Shown: piece after piece, positions 46,343 to 55,262 of the stretch
How positions within the stretch are numbered: position 1 is the first letter of the stretch
Layout of the letters: each line of letters opens with the position of its first letter
DNA from: a virus
Direction: 5' to 3' (one strand)
DNA length: 64,000 nucleotides
IMG/VR virus record: IMGVR_UViG_3300005841_000001
Location: 1 to 64,000 of that record
Position numbers and translations under genes: made by a program
Notes under the pieces: generated by a model
Database searches by the model: none
What the model was told of the DNA's origin: nothing
What the model saw: the letters and a program-made list of their open reading frames with translations, nothing else

Positions 46343-46764
46343 TCCTTGCCCTCACGCTTCATGATCTCGCCGGTCACGCGCCGGGAAGCCAGGCGCAGTA
46401 ACGCATCGAGCATGTACAGGCTGCGGTCGGACATATGTGGCTGCGGACCCTCGTCGCCGTGGTCCACATGGGACATGTTGCCGCCTTCGAAGAACACGAG
46501 CTGCGGTTCGGCCGTGGGGGTGAAGGTGTACGACCGCGGGTCCGGCCTGTCGGCGCTGAACTCGAGGCCGCTCGGACGGACTTTGCGCGGGTCGTTCGAG
46601 AGGGCGATCGGCCAGGTGGCCAGGGTGATCGGGTCGGCCGGCCCGCTGATGATCGTGCCGTCGCTGACGGTCACCCGGTGCCACTCCTTGATGTTCACGA
46701 ATTTGACGACCAGCACGCCCCCGTTCGGGCTGACCCGGATCTCTTCGACTTCGTGGCACGTCAT
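46339..46764 (-). CDS. hypothetical protein
   Basis: ATGA overlap. Confidence 0.65.
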   Translation of the reverse strand: MTCHEVEEIRVSPNGGVLVVKFVNIKEWHRVTVSDGTIISGPADPITLATWPIALSNDPRKVRPSGLEFSADRPDPRSYTFTPTAEPQLVFFEGGNMSHVDHGDEGPQPHMSDRSLYMLDALLRLASRRVTGEIMKREGKE

Positions 46765-47270
46765 GCCGGCACCTCACCATCGACGGTGACCAAGTGGACG
46801 ATCTCGTGGGGGTCGAGGGGTCGCGTCACCGCGGTGCTGTCCGCGTGGCGATTCGCGCGGTGGACGTACTTGCCGTCCTCGAGGTGGTCGATGTCGTCCA
46901 CGCGCATGATCAGCCGGCTGCCCGCCCCTTCGCGCGGGCACGGCTCGAACGCCTGGTGTTCGTTGCTCCAACGCACCCAGTACCGGGCGCCGGCGAAGAC
47001 GGCGTTGACGGTTTCCTGGCCGAGGCGCGCGCGCTCGGCCCGGGCGGTAATGCTGTCCTGGTCGTCGAAGCGGACGACGGCGCGGCCGCCGAGCCGGCGC
47101 ACCTCCCTGATCGCCTCGCGGGCGATCAGGTCGAGGTTCGGGCTGGCGGTGCGGCGTGGGCCGTGGCCGCGGTCCGGGCGATAGAGGTCCCAGCACGATC
47201 CGCCAGGCAGGCGCTGCACGAGGATCTCGGGCAGCACTGCGGGCGCGGTGGTGGGTTCGGTCGTGGTCAT
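46761..47270 (-). CDS. hypothetical protein (leaderless)
   Basis: ATG 6 nt after the -10 box. Confidence 0.7.
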   Translation of the reverse strand: MTTTEPTTAPAVLPEILVQRLPGGSCWDLYRPDRGHGPRRTASPNLDLIAREAIREVRRLGGRAVVRFDDQDSITARAERARLGQETVNAVFAGARYWVRWSNEHQAFEPCPREGAGSRLIMRVDDIDHLEDGKYVHRANRHADSTAVTRPLDPHEIVHLVTVDGEVPA

Positions 47271-47276
47271 GCGTCA

Positions 47277-47305
47277 AGACTAGCCGAGATCACCCGGCTA
47301 CACAA
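47277..47305 (-). promoter_or_regulatory. operator-promoter element 11
   Basis: TTGTGT-AGCCGGGTGATCTCGGC-TAGTCT. Confidence 0.8.
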
Positions 47306-47686
47306 GCCGACCATGAAGTGTCCATGAGCTGTCCAGGAAATGTCACCACACCAGCCCTACGGGCCGATATCGTGGACCTCGGCCAGTGGTTCGCATGACG
47401 AGTCCGCCCGCCCCGCAGCGTGTGCCGGGGCGGGCGTTCCTCGTTTCCGCACTGTCCAACAGGTGTCCAAGTCTTGGACCTGCGCCGATACGCCGGCTAC
47501 CGTCGATCCCGTGGTGTTGCCGAGTTGCTGACGTCGCCCATGAAACCGCCCGCACGGGCCACCGGGGTTGCCGACCCGCCGTGTGGGCGGTTTCGCGTCA
47601 CGTGGACTCCCCCTGGGCCCTCTCTCCTTCGCGCCGCGGAGGTACCCCTGGCCGCACCATAACGGCAGGGGTCCGCGCACCACGAC

Positions 47687-47724
47687 GGAAGGCCCGCCCC
47701 GACACTTCCCGGGGCGGGCCTTCC
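47687..47724 (-). terminator. hairpin terminator
   Basis: GGAAGGCCCGCCCCG...CGGGGCGGGCCTTCC. Confidence 0.65.
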
Positions 47725-47733
47725 TCGCTGAGC

Positions 47734-47862
47734 TCACTTGCGGTGCGGACAGGTGCCGCGGTGGTTCCCGAAGGTTCCGCCGCACGTCGAGCAGCTGATA
47801 TCCCGGTTCTGGCCGTTGCTGTCGCGATTCGCGTCGTCCGGCGCCTGCATCCTCGGCTTCAT
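47734..47862 (-). CDS. 42-aa Zn-knuckle peptide (not in the ORF track)
   Basis: ATGA overlap; ...CSTCGGTFGNHRGTCPHRK*. Confidence 0.55.
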   Translation of the reverse strand: MKPRMQAPDDANRDSNGQNRDISCSTCGGTFGNHRGTCPHRK

Positions 47863-48209
47863 GAGTTCACCCCCGCCCTGATCCCCTCGATTCGTGCCTG
47901 TACTCCGCGCAGTCGCGCGGCGTTCGCTGCGTCCTTCTTCGCGCGCATCTCGGCGGCCGTGGCGCGCCGCTCGAGCGAGTCATCCTGAAACGGCCGCGGG
48001 GGCACGTCGCCCGCGGTGATCTCCACTTCGCGGTCGTAGGTGACGACTTCGCCGTACTCGCCGCGCATCGGCTCGAGCACGCCGACCATCGTCCCGTGCT
48101 CGCCGAAAACCGGGGGCGCGGCCACGAAGTACCAGCGGCTGTTCGTGAGGAAGTACTGCCCCTTGCACAGGTCCTCGACGGGGATCCGCAGGGTCCGAAC
48201 TGTCGACAT
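47859..48209 (-). CDS. hypothetical protein
   Basis: GAAAGG RBS. Confidence 0.65.
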   Translation of the reverse strand: MSTVRTLRIPVEDLCKGQYFLTNSRWYFVAAPPVFGEHGTMVGVLEPMRGEYGEVVTYDREVEITAGDVPPRPFQDDSLERRATAAEMRAKKDAANAARLRGVQARIEGIRAGVNS

Positions 48210-48219
48210 GTCGACCCTT

Positions 48220-48453
48220 TCAGAAGATGGACGAGACCAGCTCGCCGAGCTCGCCGAGCAGGCCGGCGATCGTGTACAGGGCCGAGCCGATGGTGTCGAC
48301 GAACAGCCACTGGAACCCGGCGTAGCACCCGATCCTCGCCGGCTCAAGCACGTCGTGGACGAGGTGGGCGCCGAGGGGGGTCACGATGAGCAGGCCGAGG
48401 ACGATCAGCGTGGCAACCGCGGCGGCGGCGTTGCGGGTCTGTGTGGTGGTCAT
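48220..48453 (-). CDS. small membrane protein (leaderless)
   Basis: Hydrophobic; ATG 6 nt after the -10 box. Confidence 0.7.
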   Translation of the reverse strand: MTTTQTRNAAAAVATLIVLGLLIVTPLGAHLVHDVLEPARIGCYAGFQWLFVDTIGSALYTIAGLLGELGELVSSIF

Positions 48454-48459
48454 GAGGCG

Positions 48460-48488
48460 AGTCTAGCCGAGCTAACTCGGAGCGTCAA
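48460..48488 (-). promoter_or_regulatory. operator-promoter element 12
   Basis: TTGACG-CTCCGAGTTAGCTCGGC-TAGACT. Confidence 0.9.
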
Positions 48489-48839
48489 CTAGAACTTCTT
48501 GCCGCCCTCGCCGGCGCGGGCCTCGCGCTGGTGGTCCAGCCGGGCGGCGTTGTACTGCATCTTCTCGCGGTAGGCGCCCTCGAGGTCCAGCCTGAACGCA
48601 CCCGCGTAGTCAAAGATCCGGATCAGCGCGTCGGCCAGTTCGACCTCCTCGGCTGAGCGGTGCGGCAGATGGTCGTCGGGCCGGCCTTTGCGCACACCCT
48701 CGAGCGCCTCGGACAGCTCGGAATGCATCAGGGCGATCAGCTCACCTCGATTGCGCTCGAGCCGGCGGCCCTGCTCGTCGTACCACCAGATGTGGTTCGC
48801 CGCGTGTGCTTCTTCCGCGTACTGGTTCAATCCGTCCAC
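48489..48839 (-). CDS. MazG-like NTP pyrophosphohydrolase
   Basis: ALMHSELSEALE...E-x-ELADALIRIFD...K-x-x-YN. Confidence 0.85.
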   Translation of the reverse strand: MDGLNQYAEEAHAANHIWWYDEQGRRLERNRGELIALMHSELSEALEGVRKGRPDDHLPHRSAEEVELADALIRIFDYAGAFRLDLEGAYREKMQYNAARLDHQREARAGEGGKKF

Positions 48840-48852
48840 TATGGACTCCGTT

Positions 48853-49848
48853 TCATCGGACGTTGTACACCCGCGCCTTTGTGACGACGGGAGTTCCTTC
48901 GGGCCCGCGGCTGTGCTCGCTGATCTTGCGGCGCACGCGCGTCCGCTCGCCGGTCTCCTTGTCCACCACCCAGTAGTGCCGATAGTGCTCGCGAACCGTC
49001 ACCTGGTGATCCAACGGCTTGCCCGAGCCAGGGTTCTGCACCGGCTGCGATGGCCGTCGCATCTCGATCACCGAGACGTCGCCGGACAACCCGGCCCGTT
49101 GCGCTCGCTTGCGGGTGGTTCGCGGCACGTGCACCGGTTCGTCGTCCTCGGGTGGCCGGGACTCCGGCGTGTCCGCGTGCTTCCACACCGCCATCAGCAG
49201 GCGCGCGACGGATACTCGGCCGCCCTGGCTCGGGTCGAACCCGTTCGTGACGGCGTTCTTCCGTTCCGTTGGGGACAGCCGCGAGGACATCGGGCCGCAC
49301 TGCTGGAAGTCCAGCATCACCAGCATGTTCGAGATGAAGAAGCCGCCCGTCATGCCCTGGATCGACTCGATCGTGGTGCTGCCTCCCGTGGCCAACGCAC
49401 GTTGCTTGAGCATCGCGGTCGCCGTATCTTCGCCGCGGTTCGCGTCGCACCAGGTAGTGATCGTGTAGCCGTTCGTTTCCTCGCCTTTGGGTGTCGTAAG
49501 GAACGCGCGACCCCAGCTGATCATGTGGAAGTACTGCGAGTATCCGCCGACATGCAGTGAGTTCAAGGGGTCCTCGAACACCAGTAGGCCGTAATCCATG
49601 GGTGGCTTGACAGTGTCGACGCGGTCGGTGTCCGAAAAGGACCGAGCGATCCGGTAGATTTCCTCGTTCGCCGTCGCGGCGACACGGATGGTTCCCGCCT
49701 GCTGGATCTGGTCGGCCACCTTGACGCCTACGTCGGGATCCGACAGCTGGGCACGTTTTGCCCACGATTGGATCCAGCGACACATCCGCATGTCGTCCAG
49801 TCGGACGGCGAGATCGGTGTGAATGTCGACGGCATCGGCGGGCCGCAT
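48853..49848 (-). CDS. conserved phage hypothetical protein
   Basis: GAGGGAG RBS; C-terminal V-R-x-H-x-R-x-x-W...I-x-x-H-x-RGP motif. Confidence 0.7.
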   Translation of the reverse strand: MRPADAVDIHTDLAVRLDDMRMCRWIQSWAKRAQLSDPDVGVKVADQIQQAGTIRVAATANEEIYRIARSFSDTDRVDTVKPPMDYGLLVFEDPLNSLHVGGYSQYFHMISWGRAFLTTPKGEETNGYTITTWCDANRGEDTATAMLKQRALATGGSTTIESIQGMTGGFFISNMLVMLDFQQCGPMSSRLSPTERKNAVTNGFDPSQGGRVSVARLLMAVWKHADTPESRPPEDDEPVHVPRTTRKRAQRAGLSGDVSVIEMRRPSQPVQNPGSGKPLDHQVTVREHYRHYWVVDKETGERTRVRRKISEHSRGPEGTPVVTKARVYNVR

Positions 49849-49903
49849 CGGCTCTCCCTCGGGACGGGACAGGGGCCGCCGTCCACGATGGACAGCGGCC
49901 CCT

Positions 49904-49932
49904 AGTCTAGCCGAGTTATCCCGGTGAGTCAA
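49904..49932 (-). promoter_or_regulatory. operator-promoter element 13
   Basis: TTGACT-CACCGGGATAACTCGGC-TAGACT. Confidence 0.85.
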
Positions 49933-50216
49933 GCGGGCAGGTGTGACCCTTCCTCGTGGTCGACGACGGTCTTGAGCGTATGCGCCGGCAGGATCTTGTA
50001 ATGCTCGGCCAGCGGGCGGGCGGCTCGCCGGTACTGCTGCACGTAGGCCACCAGCGCGCCGTCGTCGTTTTCAACGCGGTAGCGCTGCTGGCCTTCGCGC
50101 AGGATCCAGCCGCCGACGGACTCGAAGGTGCCGTCTTCGGAGGTGATCAAGATGCTGGCCTTGCCGCGCGAGACGACGTCGATGGACGCGGTCGCTCTCG
50201 GCTTCGGGTCGGTCAT
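49929..50216 (-). CDS. hypothetical protein
   Basis: GAGAGG RBS; its TGA stop is part of the -35 box of element 13. Confidence 0.7.
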   Translation of the reverse strand: MTDPKPRATASIDVVSRGKASILITSEDGTFESVGGWILREGQQRYRVENDDGALVAYVQQYRRAARPLAEHYKILPAHTLKTVVDHEEGSHLPA

Positions 50217-50251
50217 GGTTGCGCCTCTCGTGCCAGGGTCGTACCTTGGCT

Positions 50252-50280
50252 AATCTAGCCGACTCAACGCGGAGCGTCAA
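50252..50280 (-). promoter_or_regulatory. operator-promoter element 14
   Basis: TTGACG-CTCCGCGTTGAGTCGGC-TAGATT. Confidence 0.8.
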
Positions 50281-50360
50281 AGACCCCGGCGCGCCGCGCC
50301 GGCACTGCTCGAGCGGGGTGGGATGCTGGCCGCGACAACCCGGACGACCAGGGAGAACCG

Positions 50361-50822
50361 ATGTCCTACACCGACAGCAGCGGCGCCGCGCTCAGCAAGG
50401 CGCAGATCGTCGCGGCCGCGACCACGATCGCCGGCGAGACCGTCTACCAGATCGGCGCGGACGTCCACCAGCGCGTCACGCAGGACGGCGACGACTTCGA
50501 GGCCAACGTCCGGCTCGCCCTGGTGGCCGGCCAGAAGATCACGCAGACGCAGCTCGATGCGATGTTCAAGCCGGCCACCATCGACACCGTCACCCCGGCG
50601 TCCGGCGCCGCGGCCGGCGGTACCGCGATCACGATCAAGGGCACGAACTTCGGGGGCGTCACCGCGGTCACCGTCGGCGGCGTCGCGGTGACGAGCCTCA
50701 AGGTGGTTTCCGAGACCACCATCACCGCCGTCACGGGTGCGCACGCGGCCGGCGCCGTGTCGGTTGTCGTGACCGACGACTCGGGTGCGGTCACCAAGAC
50801 CACGGCCTACACCTACGTGTGA
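50361..50822 (+). CDS. IPT/TIG (Ig-like) domain virion protein
   Basis: I-x-x-VTPASG-x-x-AGGT-x-ITI-x-GTNF...V-x-VGG...IT-x-x-T...G-x-V-x-V-x-V. Confidence 0.85.
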   Translation: MSYTDSSGAALSKAQIVAAATTIAGETVYQIGADVHQRVTQDGDDFEANVRLALVAGQKITQTQLDAMFKPATIDTVTPASGAAAGGTAITIKGTNFGGVTAVTVGGVAVTSLKVVSETTITAVTGAHAAGAVSVVVTDDSGAVTKTTAYTYV

Positions 50823-50855
50823 TCGGACTCCCGGCAGCGGCGGCCGGGGTACGAA

Positions 50856-50896
50856 GAAGGGCCCCCCTCGGCGACCTCCCCGAGGTGGGGCCCTTC
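50856..50896. terminator. bidirectional hairpin terminator
   Basis: GAAGGGCCCC..CTCGG...CCGAG..GGGGCCCTTC between convergent genes. Confidence 0.65.
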
Positions 50897-50918
50897 CATT
50901 TCGCAGCGCGGGAGGCTG

Positions 50919-50996
50919 CTAGCGGGTGATGCCGTCGAAGTAGTCCTCGAGGGCGTCGACGACGGCTTCGTTCTTGGGGTCGTAGGTGTCGGACAT
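50919..50996 (-). CDS. 25-aa acidic peptide (not in the ORF track)
   Basis: MSDTYDPKNEAVVDALEDYFDGITR*; GGAAAG RBS; only ORF between element 15 and a terminator. Confidence 0.5.
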   Translation of the reverse strand: MSDTYDPKNEAVVDALEDYFDGITR

Positions 50997-51100
50997 GGAG
51001 GCTCGCTTTCCGTTCGGTGATGGGGTGTCGGGCCGGGCGGGGAACCTGTCGGTGCCCGGGGGCGGAGGTAGGTAGCATCCCGCCCGGCCTGACACTTCCG

Positions 51101-51129
51101 AGACTAGCCGAACCTACTCGGCTTGTCTA
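51101..51129 (-). promoter_or_regulatory. operator-promoter element 15
   Basis: TAGACA-AGCCGAGTAGGTTCGGC-TAGTCT. Confidence 0.8.
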
Positions 51130-51971
51130 GTCACGAACCGTCGCACCCGACGGAAGGCGGCCGCTACCGCCTCCGGCGCTCGGTAAATGACGAAATCGAT
51201 CACTGCGTCGAGCACCTCGAGGATGACGAATCCATCATCACGGCACTGCTCCGCCCACCGCTGACGTGCCGTCCTTTGTGGATAGATGATGTGGCTACGG
51301 TCGTCGAAATGGGGAATGTCGCCGAGCATGTGTGCCGGCAGTGCGAAGGCCTCGGCGATCCACCGTGCCTGCTCCGTCATCTCGCGGCGTCGGCGCACGA
51401 TGCCCTCGGAGTAACGGACCAAGTCCATCACGCGAGATGCGTCGTTGGCCGGCGGTCGGACAGACCAGACCGGGTCCACGCTCAGGAACGTCTCGATCCG
51501 GCCGTCCATGTGGATCCGAGCATGCGTCACCGTAGCGTGCGCCTGCCACCCGCCGCCGTGGCCGTTCAGGATGTATGCCTGGCCGGGGAGTGGTGCGATG
51601 CGCGGCATGACTCGGAACTCGTTCCCCATGAACAGGTTGTACGCCTCTCGCCGTCGCTCTTCCCCACGCTGATAGGCGGCCGCGAAGGCTTCGGGTGTCA
51701 GGAACTGCATCAGGCCGAACCCGCTCTCGAAATCCGGTTGCTCGGACCGATGCGTCGGCGTGGCCGGGTGATCCTCGGGCACGACGACTTCGCCGGCCGA
51801 GTACGAGTGGAACGGCGACGGCTCGAACTTGCCACCGATCTGCTCGGCCTGCCATGCCCGTTCGCACGTCTCGCGACAGAAGTCGTCCGACGGGCTCGAC
51901 TCGGGGATCGTCTTCTTGCACCACTGGCACGGCCGTTCGATCACGGCGTCCAGATCTTCGAGGAATCCCAC
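51114..51971 (-). CDS. hypothetical protein with an N-terminal Zn finger
   Basis: CxxC...SPS-x-DFC-x-x-x-C. Confidence 0.65.
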   Translation of the reverse strand: MGFLEDLDAVIERPCQWCKKTIPESSPSDDFCRETCERAWQAEQIGGKFEPSPFHSYSAGEVVVPEDHPATPTHRSEQPDFESGFGLMQFLTPEAFAAAYQRGEERRREAYNLFMGNEFRVMPRIAPLPGQAYILNGHGGGWQAHATVTHARIHMDGRIETFLSVDPVWSVRPPANDASRVMDLVRYSEGIVRRRREMTEQARWIAEAFALPAHMLGDIPHFDDRSHIIYPQRTARQRWAEQCRDDGFVILEVLDAVIDFVIYRAPEAVAAAFRRVRRFVTRQAE

Positions 51972-52726
51972 GGCTCCCCACCCTCCAATTTGGTCAGTCC
52001 GATATCGGCCCGTCGGCCGGCTAGGTTTCCGTCGATGGCTCCGTAGTCGAACATCGTCGGTGGCTGGTAGTCGACCTTGTTGATGTCCGGGAACCGTTTG
52101 TTGTAGTAGTCCTCGGCGTCCTGGTCTCGGGTACGCAAGGCCAGCTCGGTTGATGGTCCCGCAGGCAGCACATGCTCCTCGTCGCGCTCTTGCTGCACCT
52201 CGGCCGCGGTGCGCTGCTCGATCTGGTCGAGCCGGATCCCGACTGCTTGGGAGTACGCGGCGTACCAGTTGCGGGCGTAGCGCTGGTAGAGCGTTTCGGT
52301 GATGAAGTCGCGGCCGGCGGCGTCGGTGGCGAGCCCATTCTGCGCCACGACCGACAGCGTTTCGAAGAGCATTTCGACGCGGTCGATGTCCACCGGTGCG
52401 CCCATCACGAGGGCACCCGAGGGCACACGGTTGCGTTTGTGGCGCAGGTGTACCGAGCGGCAGTGCACCGCGGCCGCGATGTGCGCGATCAAGACGATCT
52501 TCTCTTGCGCGAACGGCGCCTGGACAGTGATCACGCGTTCGGTGACGCCGTCGAGTCCGCGCGCGTCGTCGAGGTCTTGGGGCTGGATCGCGTGGCGCGC
52601 CATCACTTCTGCCGCATGGGACGCGTAGATCCGGGCCTCGGCTTCGGTGGCCGCCGGGTCGCGGGCCTTCGCGAGCAGACTGTTGATCGTCGCGATCCGC
52701 TTTTCGCGGGTCGGCTTCTTGGGCAT
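51941..52726 (-). CDS. DUF2786-domain protein (leaderless)
   Basis: I-x-x-LLAKA...T-x-x-EA...A-x-x-x-M-x-x-H-x-I; start MPKKP 7 nt after the -10 box. Confidence 0.8.
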   Translation of the reverse strand: MPKKPTREKRIATINSLLAKARDPAATEAEARIYASHAAEVMARHAIQPQDLDDARGLDGVTERVITVQAPFAQEKIVLIAHIAAAVHCRSVHLRHKRNRVPSGALVMGAPVDIDRVEMLFETLSVVAQNGLATDAAGRDFITETLYQRYARNWYAAYSQAVGIRLDQIEQRTAAEVQQERDEEHVLPAGPSTELALRTRDQDAEDYYNKRFPDINKVDYQPPTMFDYGAIDGNLAGRRADIGLTKLEGGEPWDSSKIWTP

Positions 52727-52733
52727 GAGGGCT

Positions 52734-52762
52734 ATGCTAGCCGACTTAACTCGGTTCGTAAA
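52734..52762 (-). promoter_or_regulatory. operator-promoter element 16
   Basis: TTTACG-AACCGAGTTAAGTCGGC-TAGCAT. Confidence 0.8.
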
Positions 52763-52777
52763 CGTCGGTGCGTCGTC

Positions 52778-52806
52778 GACCCGCTCCGAGTAAGCCCGGC
52801 TAGGAT
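52778..52806 (+). promoter_or_regulatory. operator-promoter element 17 (weak -35; divergent from 16)
   Basis: CTCCGAGTAAGCCCGGC-TAGGAT. Confidence 0.6.
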
Positions 52807-52837
52807 GGCCACATCCCGACTCGAAAGGATCATCACC

Positions 52838-53329
52838 ATGAGCCAGTTCGCCGACGAGCTCGCCGAGCGCATGCAGACCAAACTCGCCAGGCACTTCGCT
52901 CGCATGCCCGGTGAGACAGCCATCTCCATTCCCACCAAGATGCTCGCGCGCGCAGTGGAAGAGATGCTCGCCGACGGCCGCGCCGTCCCCGAGGTCCCGC
53001 GCTACGACCCCGAGCTGGCCGAGAAGCTGAAGTGGTCCGGTCTGACGGCCGACCTCACCACCTTCGTCCCGCCCACGATCGCCGCGGACGTCGACGGCCC
53101 CGGCGTGGTGCTCACCATCCAGCACGGCGTCGAGTACTCCGAGGACGAGGACGCGCCCGCCCCGCCGCCGATCGTGCTCGAGGCGATGCCGGACACGATG
53201 CGCGCGTTCGCGCTGCATCTGCTGTCGGTGTGCGAGCAGGCCGAGGGCGGCACCACGAAGCCCGAGCTGCACGGGCCGGCCGCCGATGTCGAGCTGGAGC
53301 AGCGCGAGATCCGGGTGCTCGGCGGATGA
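52838..53329 (+). CDS. hypothetical protein
   Basis: GAAAGG RBS. Confidence 0.7.
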   Translation: MSQFADELAERMQTKLARHFARMPGETAISIPTKMLARAVEEMLADGRAVPEVPRYDPELAEKLKWSGLTADLTTFVPPTIAADVDGPGVVLTIQHGVEYSEDEDAPAPPPIVLEAMPDTMRAFALHLLSVCEQAEGGTTKPELHGPAADVELEQREIRVLGG

Positions 53330-53589
53330 GGGAAGTTCTGTTCGGCCTCGTCATGCCTTGGGTCAGCATGATCCCCTTCGTGCTGGTCGTCATCGCGGCC
53401 ATCGAGATGGTCGTGGACTGGCTGCCCTCGCGGTTGCCCGTCGAGCCCGAGGAATCGTTCGAGCGCATCGTGATCGTGCCCGGCCACAACGGATTCGCCG
53501 CGCGGATCACCGATCCGCTGTTCTTCCAGGGGCCGCCGGTGGTGGATCCCACGGATTTCATCGGGACCACCGGCCTACTTGACCCCTGA
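53326..53589 (+). CDS. single-TM membrane protein
   Basis: ATGA overlap; N-terminal TM. Confidence 0.6.
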   Translation: MREVLFGLVMPWVSMIPFVLVVIAAIEMVVDWLPSRLPVEPEESFERIVIVPGHNGFAARITDPLFFQGPPVVDPTDFIGTTGLLDP

Positions 53590-53591
53590 GC

Positions 53592-53620
53592 TTGTCGAGC
53601 CGAGTAAACTCGGCTAGACT
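53592..53620 (+). promoter_or_regulatory. operator-promoter element 18
   Basis: TTGTCG-AGCCGAGTAAACTCGGC-TAGACT. Confidence 0.85.
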
Positions 53621-53652
53621 TCCATCAAGACCGACCAGAAAGGAGGCCCCTC

Positions 53653-54312
53653 GTGGAGAGCAGGAACACCCGCGCTCAGTGGGCCGACGACGTTCCCGAC
53701 CTGTACGGGGAGAGCCTCGCCAAGGCCGGCGATTACCTCACCATCGCGCAGGTCAGCAACCTGACGTCGCTGTCGCCGAACACGCTCAGGGACGCACTCA
53801 GCCGGCCCCCGGTGACGCGCAAGGACAACCCGATGTTCGCGCTGTCGCGCCCGGCCGCCCGCATCGCCAACCAGCCGCTCTACTCCCCCGAGCAGGTCGA
53901 GCAGGCGAAGAAGATCCAGAAGGACACCGGCCACCGCCACCTCGGCGGCGGCACCGAGGCTCTCGAGGTCGTCTCGCCCCAGGAAGCCGAACGGGCGGGG
54001 CTCGTCTCGATCGTCGAGTTCAAGGACTTCGCCGGCGTGCACGAGCAGACCGTGCGCCGGTGGGCCCGTGAGCAGGAGTCGTTCCCGCAGCCGGTCGCCC
54101 TGCGTTCGCGCTCGGGCGGCGAGCAGGACGGTGCCCGGGTGCACCCCGGCGTGCCGATCGTGATGTACGAGTTCGACGCCGCGAAGAAGTGGCTGCGCAA
54201 CTACATCGAGACCGGCACCGGCAAGCGCGTCGAGCGGATCGCGGAACACATGCGCGCCGCGCACGACTGGAAGATCCGGGCCGGTTCCCGAGCGGAAGCG
54301 ATCAGCGCGTAA
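53653..54312 (+). CDS. tandem AlpA/Xis/MerR-type winged-HTH DNA-binding protein
   Basis: YLTIAQVSNLTSLSPNTLR and LVSIVEFKDFAGVHEQTVRRW...FPQPV; AAGGAGG RBS. Confidence 0.75.
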   Translation: MESRNTRAQWADDVPDLYGESLAKAGDYLTIAQVSNLTSLSPNTLRDALSRPPVTRKDNPMFALSRPAARIANQPLYSPEQVEQAKKIQKDTGHRHLGGGTEALEVVSPQEAERAGLVSIVEFKDFAGVHEQTVRRWAREQESFPQPVALRSRSGGEQDGARVHPGVPIVMYEFDAAKKWLRNYIETGTGKRVERIAEHMRAAHDWKIRAGSRAEAISA

Positions 54313-54389
54313 ACTCCCCTCTCGAGCGGCTCGTTGCTCAGGGGAGCAAGGAGAAGACCCCGTCGGCCGGTGATGGCGACGGGGTCTTC

Positions 54390-55214
54390 TTACGTCCACA
54401 ATCGACTGACCATTCGCTCGAGGGCCTCGAGCAGCGGCAGCAGCGCACCGAACACCGCGAGCACTGCCACGCCGGCGCCGGCGATCGACAGCGGGAAAAT
54501 CAGCCGTTTCTCTACCGCCTTGCCGGCCTTGAACCGCAGCGGCGTCGGCGAGCCGGCGGAGAACCAACGCTGCCCTTTGATCACCAGCGGGAAGAACAGC
54601 GGCGCCCCGTAGTCGGTGAGTGCGTCGCCAAGAGCGTGCACCCACGCGCCGAGGCCGACGACCAGACCGATCATGATCGGCATCTGGTCGGCGTAGGTGC
54701 CGTGCAGCGCGAGGTACGCGGCACCGGTGAGGATGGTCGCGGTGCCGTAGTCGCGACTCGCCTTGTGCTTGGGCGGCAACGCGCGCAGCGCCCACACCAA
54801 GAACAACCAGATCACCGCGAGGGTTGCCCAGGTACCTGGTGTCGTGCCCCAAATCCCGGCGACCGCGGGAATGCCGCCGAAGAGCAGGCCGAGGCCTGGC
54901 GGTCCGAACGGTGTATGCGTGATGCCGCGGTGCCCGTCGAGGTTCTTGCGATCACGGGCGGTCTTGGTGCGGGCGTACACGCTCGCGGACAGCGTCTGGA
55001 TTGCCGCTGATCCGACAGCGGAGACGACACCGAGAGAGCGGGACGCGGTGGCGTTGGGGTGGTCGAGGTCGGGCGCGATCGCGGCGCCGGCGCACAGCAT
55101 GCCGAGGGTGAGCGCGGTCGGGATGTTCATCGGCTGGTCGAGGACGGGGGCGAAGGTGCTCGCGGCAAGGCCGGCGGTCAGTCCGTGCAGGGCGTGCGTC
55201 GGTCCCATGACCAT
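54390..55214 (-). CDS. YdjM-like membrane-bound metal-dependent hydrolase
   Basis: G-x-TH, PDLDHP, HRG-x-TH, H-x-x-GD-x-LT-x-x-G. Confidence 0.85.
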   Translation of the reverse strand: MVMGPTHALHGLTAGLAASTFAPVLDQPMNIPTALTLGMLCAGAAIAPDLDHPNATASRSLGVVSAVGSAAIQTLSASVYARTKTARDRKNLDGHRGITHTPFGPPGLGLLFGGIPAVAGIWGTTPGTWATLAVIWLFLVWALRALPPKHKASRDYGTATILTGAAYLALHGTYADQMPIMIGLVVGLGAWVHALGDALTDYGAPLFFPLVIKGQRWFSAGSPTPLRFKAGKAVEKRLIFPLSIAGAGVAVLAVFGALLPLLEALERMVSRLWT

Positions 55215-55262
55215 GATCGTCATCCTTTGCGGCGTGTCGAGGCGGAGTCCTCTTGTCAGGCT

